Part shown: piece after piece, positions 63,528 to 64,000 of the stretch | How positions within the stretch are numbered: position 1 is the stretch's first letter | Layout of the letters: every line of letters starts with the position of its first letter | DNA from: a virus | Taxonomy: Duplodnaviria; Caudoviricetes | Virus record (IMG/VR): IMGVR_UViG_3300028588_000019 | Coordinates: 8,475 to 72,474 of that record | DNA: 64,000 nt | Reading direction: 5' to 3' (one strand) | Program-made: the position numbers and the translations under genes | The notes under the pieces: generated by a model | Seen by the model: the letters and a program-made list of their open reading frames with translations, nothing else | Databases searched by the model: none | Told to the model about the DNA's origin: nothing

Positions 63528-63964
63528 ATGGCCTCCGAGATTGCTTCAGCGCGTTCGAACGTGATTGCGCCAATGTGCGCAAGGTACATTAGCCCTTCAA
63601 AGGCTAAAGACTTATAAACGCCACCGGAGGCTTTCGCCATCTCAATGAAGTCCATGACGTTGCCATCGGTTTGTTCAAAAGCACGGATAGCCTTGCGTTC
63701 CGCAGACGTGAACATGCTGAAGAACTGGTACTTAGTCCAAGGCACTTCATCACCGACTACAGCCAGCCGTGCAGCTTCCCGAGCCAATAGGGTGGCTGCG
63801 ATCTGCTTAGCGCGCTCCTCCATCACCAGCTGCGGATCGAGTACACCGTCCCACAAATATTCACGGTCAATGACTTGACCATCCGCTGCCGTATGCTGTT
63901 CTTTGATAAATTGGCGACCGTCAACCTGAACCTCGCCATACGTGAGGGTCGAGGTCAGATTCAA
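63524..63964 (-). CDS. hypothetical virion-module protein
   Basis: ATGA overlap with the next gene. Confidence 0.65.
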   Translation of the reverse strand: MNLTSTLTYGEVQVDGRQFIKEQHTAADGQVIDREYLWDGVLDPQLVMEERAKQIAATLLAREAARLAVVGDEVPWTKYQFFSMFTSAERKAIRAFEQTDGNVMDFIEMAKASGGVYKSLAFEGLMYLAHIGAITFERAEAISEAM

Positions 63965-64000
63965 TTGGAATCCCCTTCAACACGCAAGACGAATGGGTCG

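Overview
About 64 kb of a tailed dsDNA phage genome (long tape measure, siphovirus-type tail). Gene content resembles queuosine-pathway phages such as 9g/CAjan; this is inferred from gene content, not a database hit. Layout: (1) 1-4136, small minus-strand genes; (2) ~4400-5420, a sharply bounded island almost free of GA/TC dinucleotides containing the first plus-strand gene; (3) 5.5-19 kb, an early region of tiny ORFs punctuated at stop codons by eight copies of a covarying two-hairpin pseudoknot and three type I hammerhead ribozymes; (4) 19-43 kb, replication and nucleotide genes (primase-helicase, MazG, ThyA, ligase, AAA ATPase, SSB, Cas4-like nuclease, SF2 helicase, clamp, family B polymerase) plus a 7-deazaguanine DNA-modification set (queE, queC, queD, folE, dpdA) and NADAR; (5) 43-64 kb, minus-strand lysis, tail and neck genes, with a -1 frameshifted tail chaperone. 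No integrase, CRISPR array or rRNA was seen. Best leads: the stop-codon-anchored pseudoknot/ribozyme punctuation of the early region, and GA/TC-free regulatory windows that may keep promoters free of the phage's own guanine modification. RNA folds and dinucleotide counts were done by hand.
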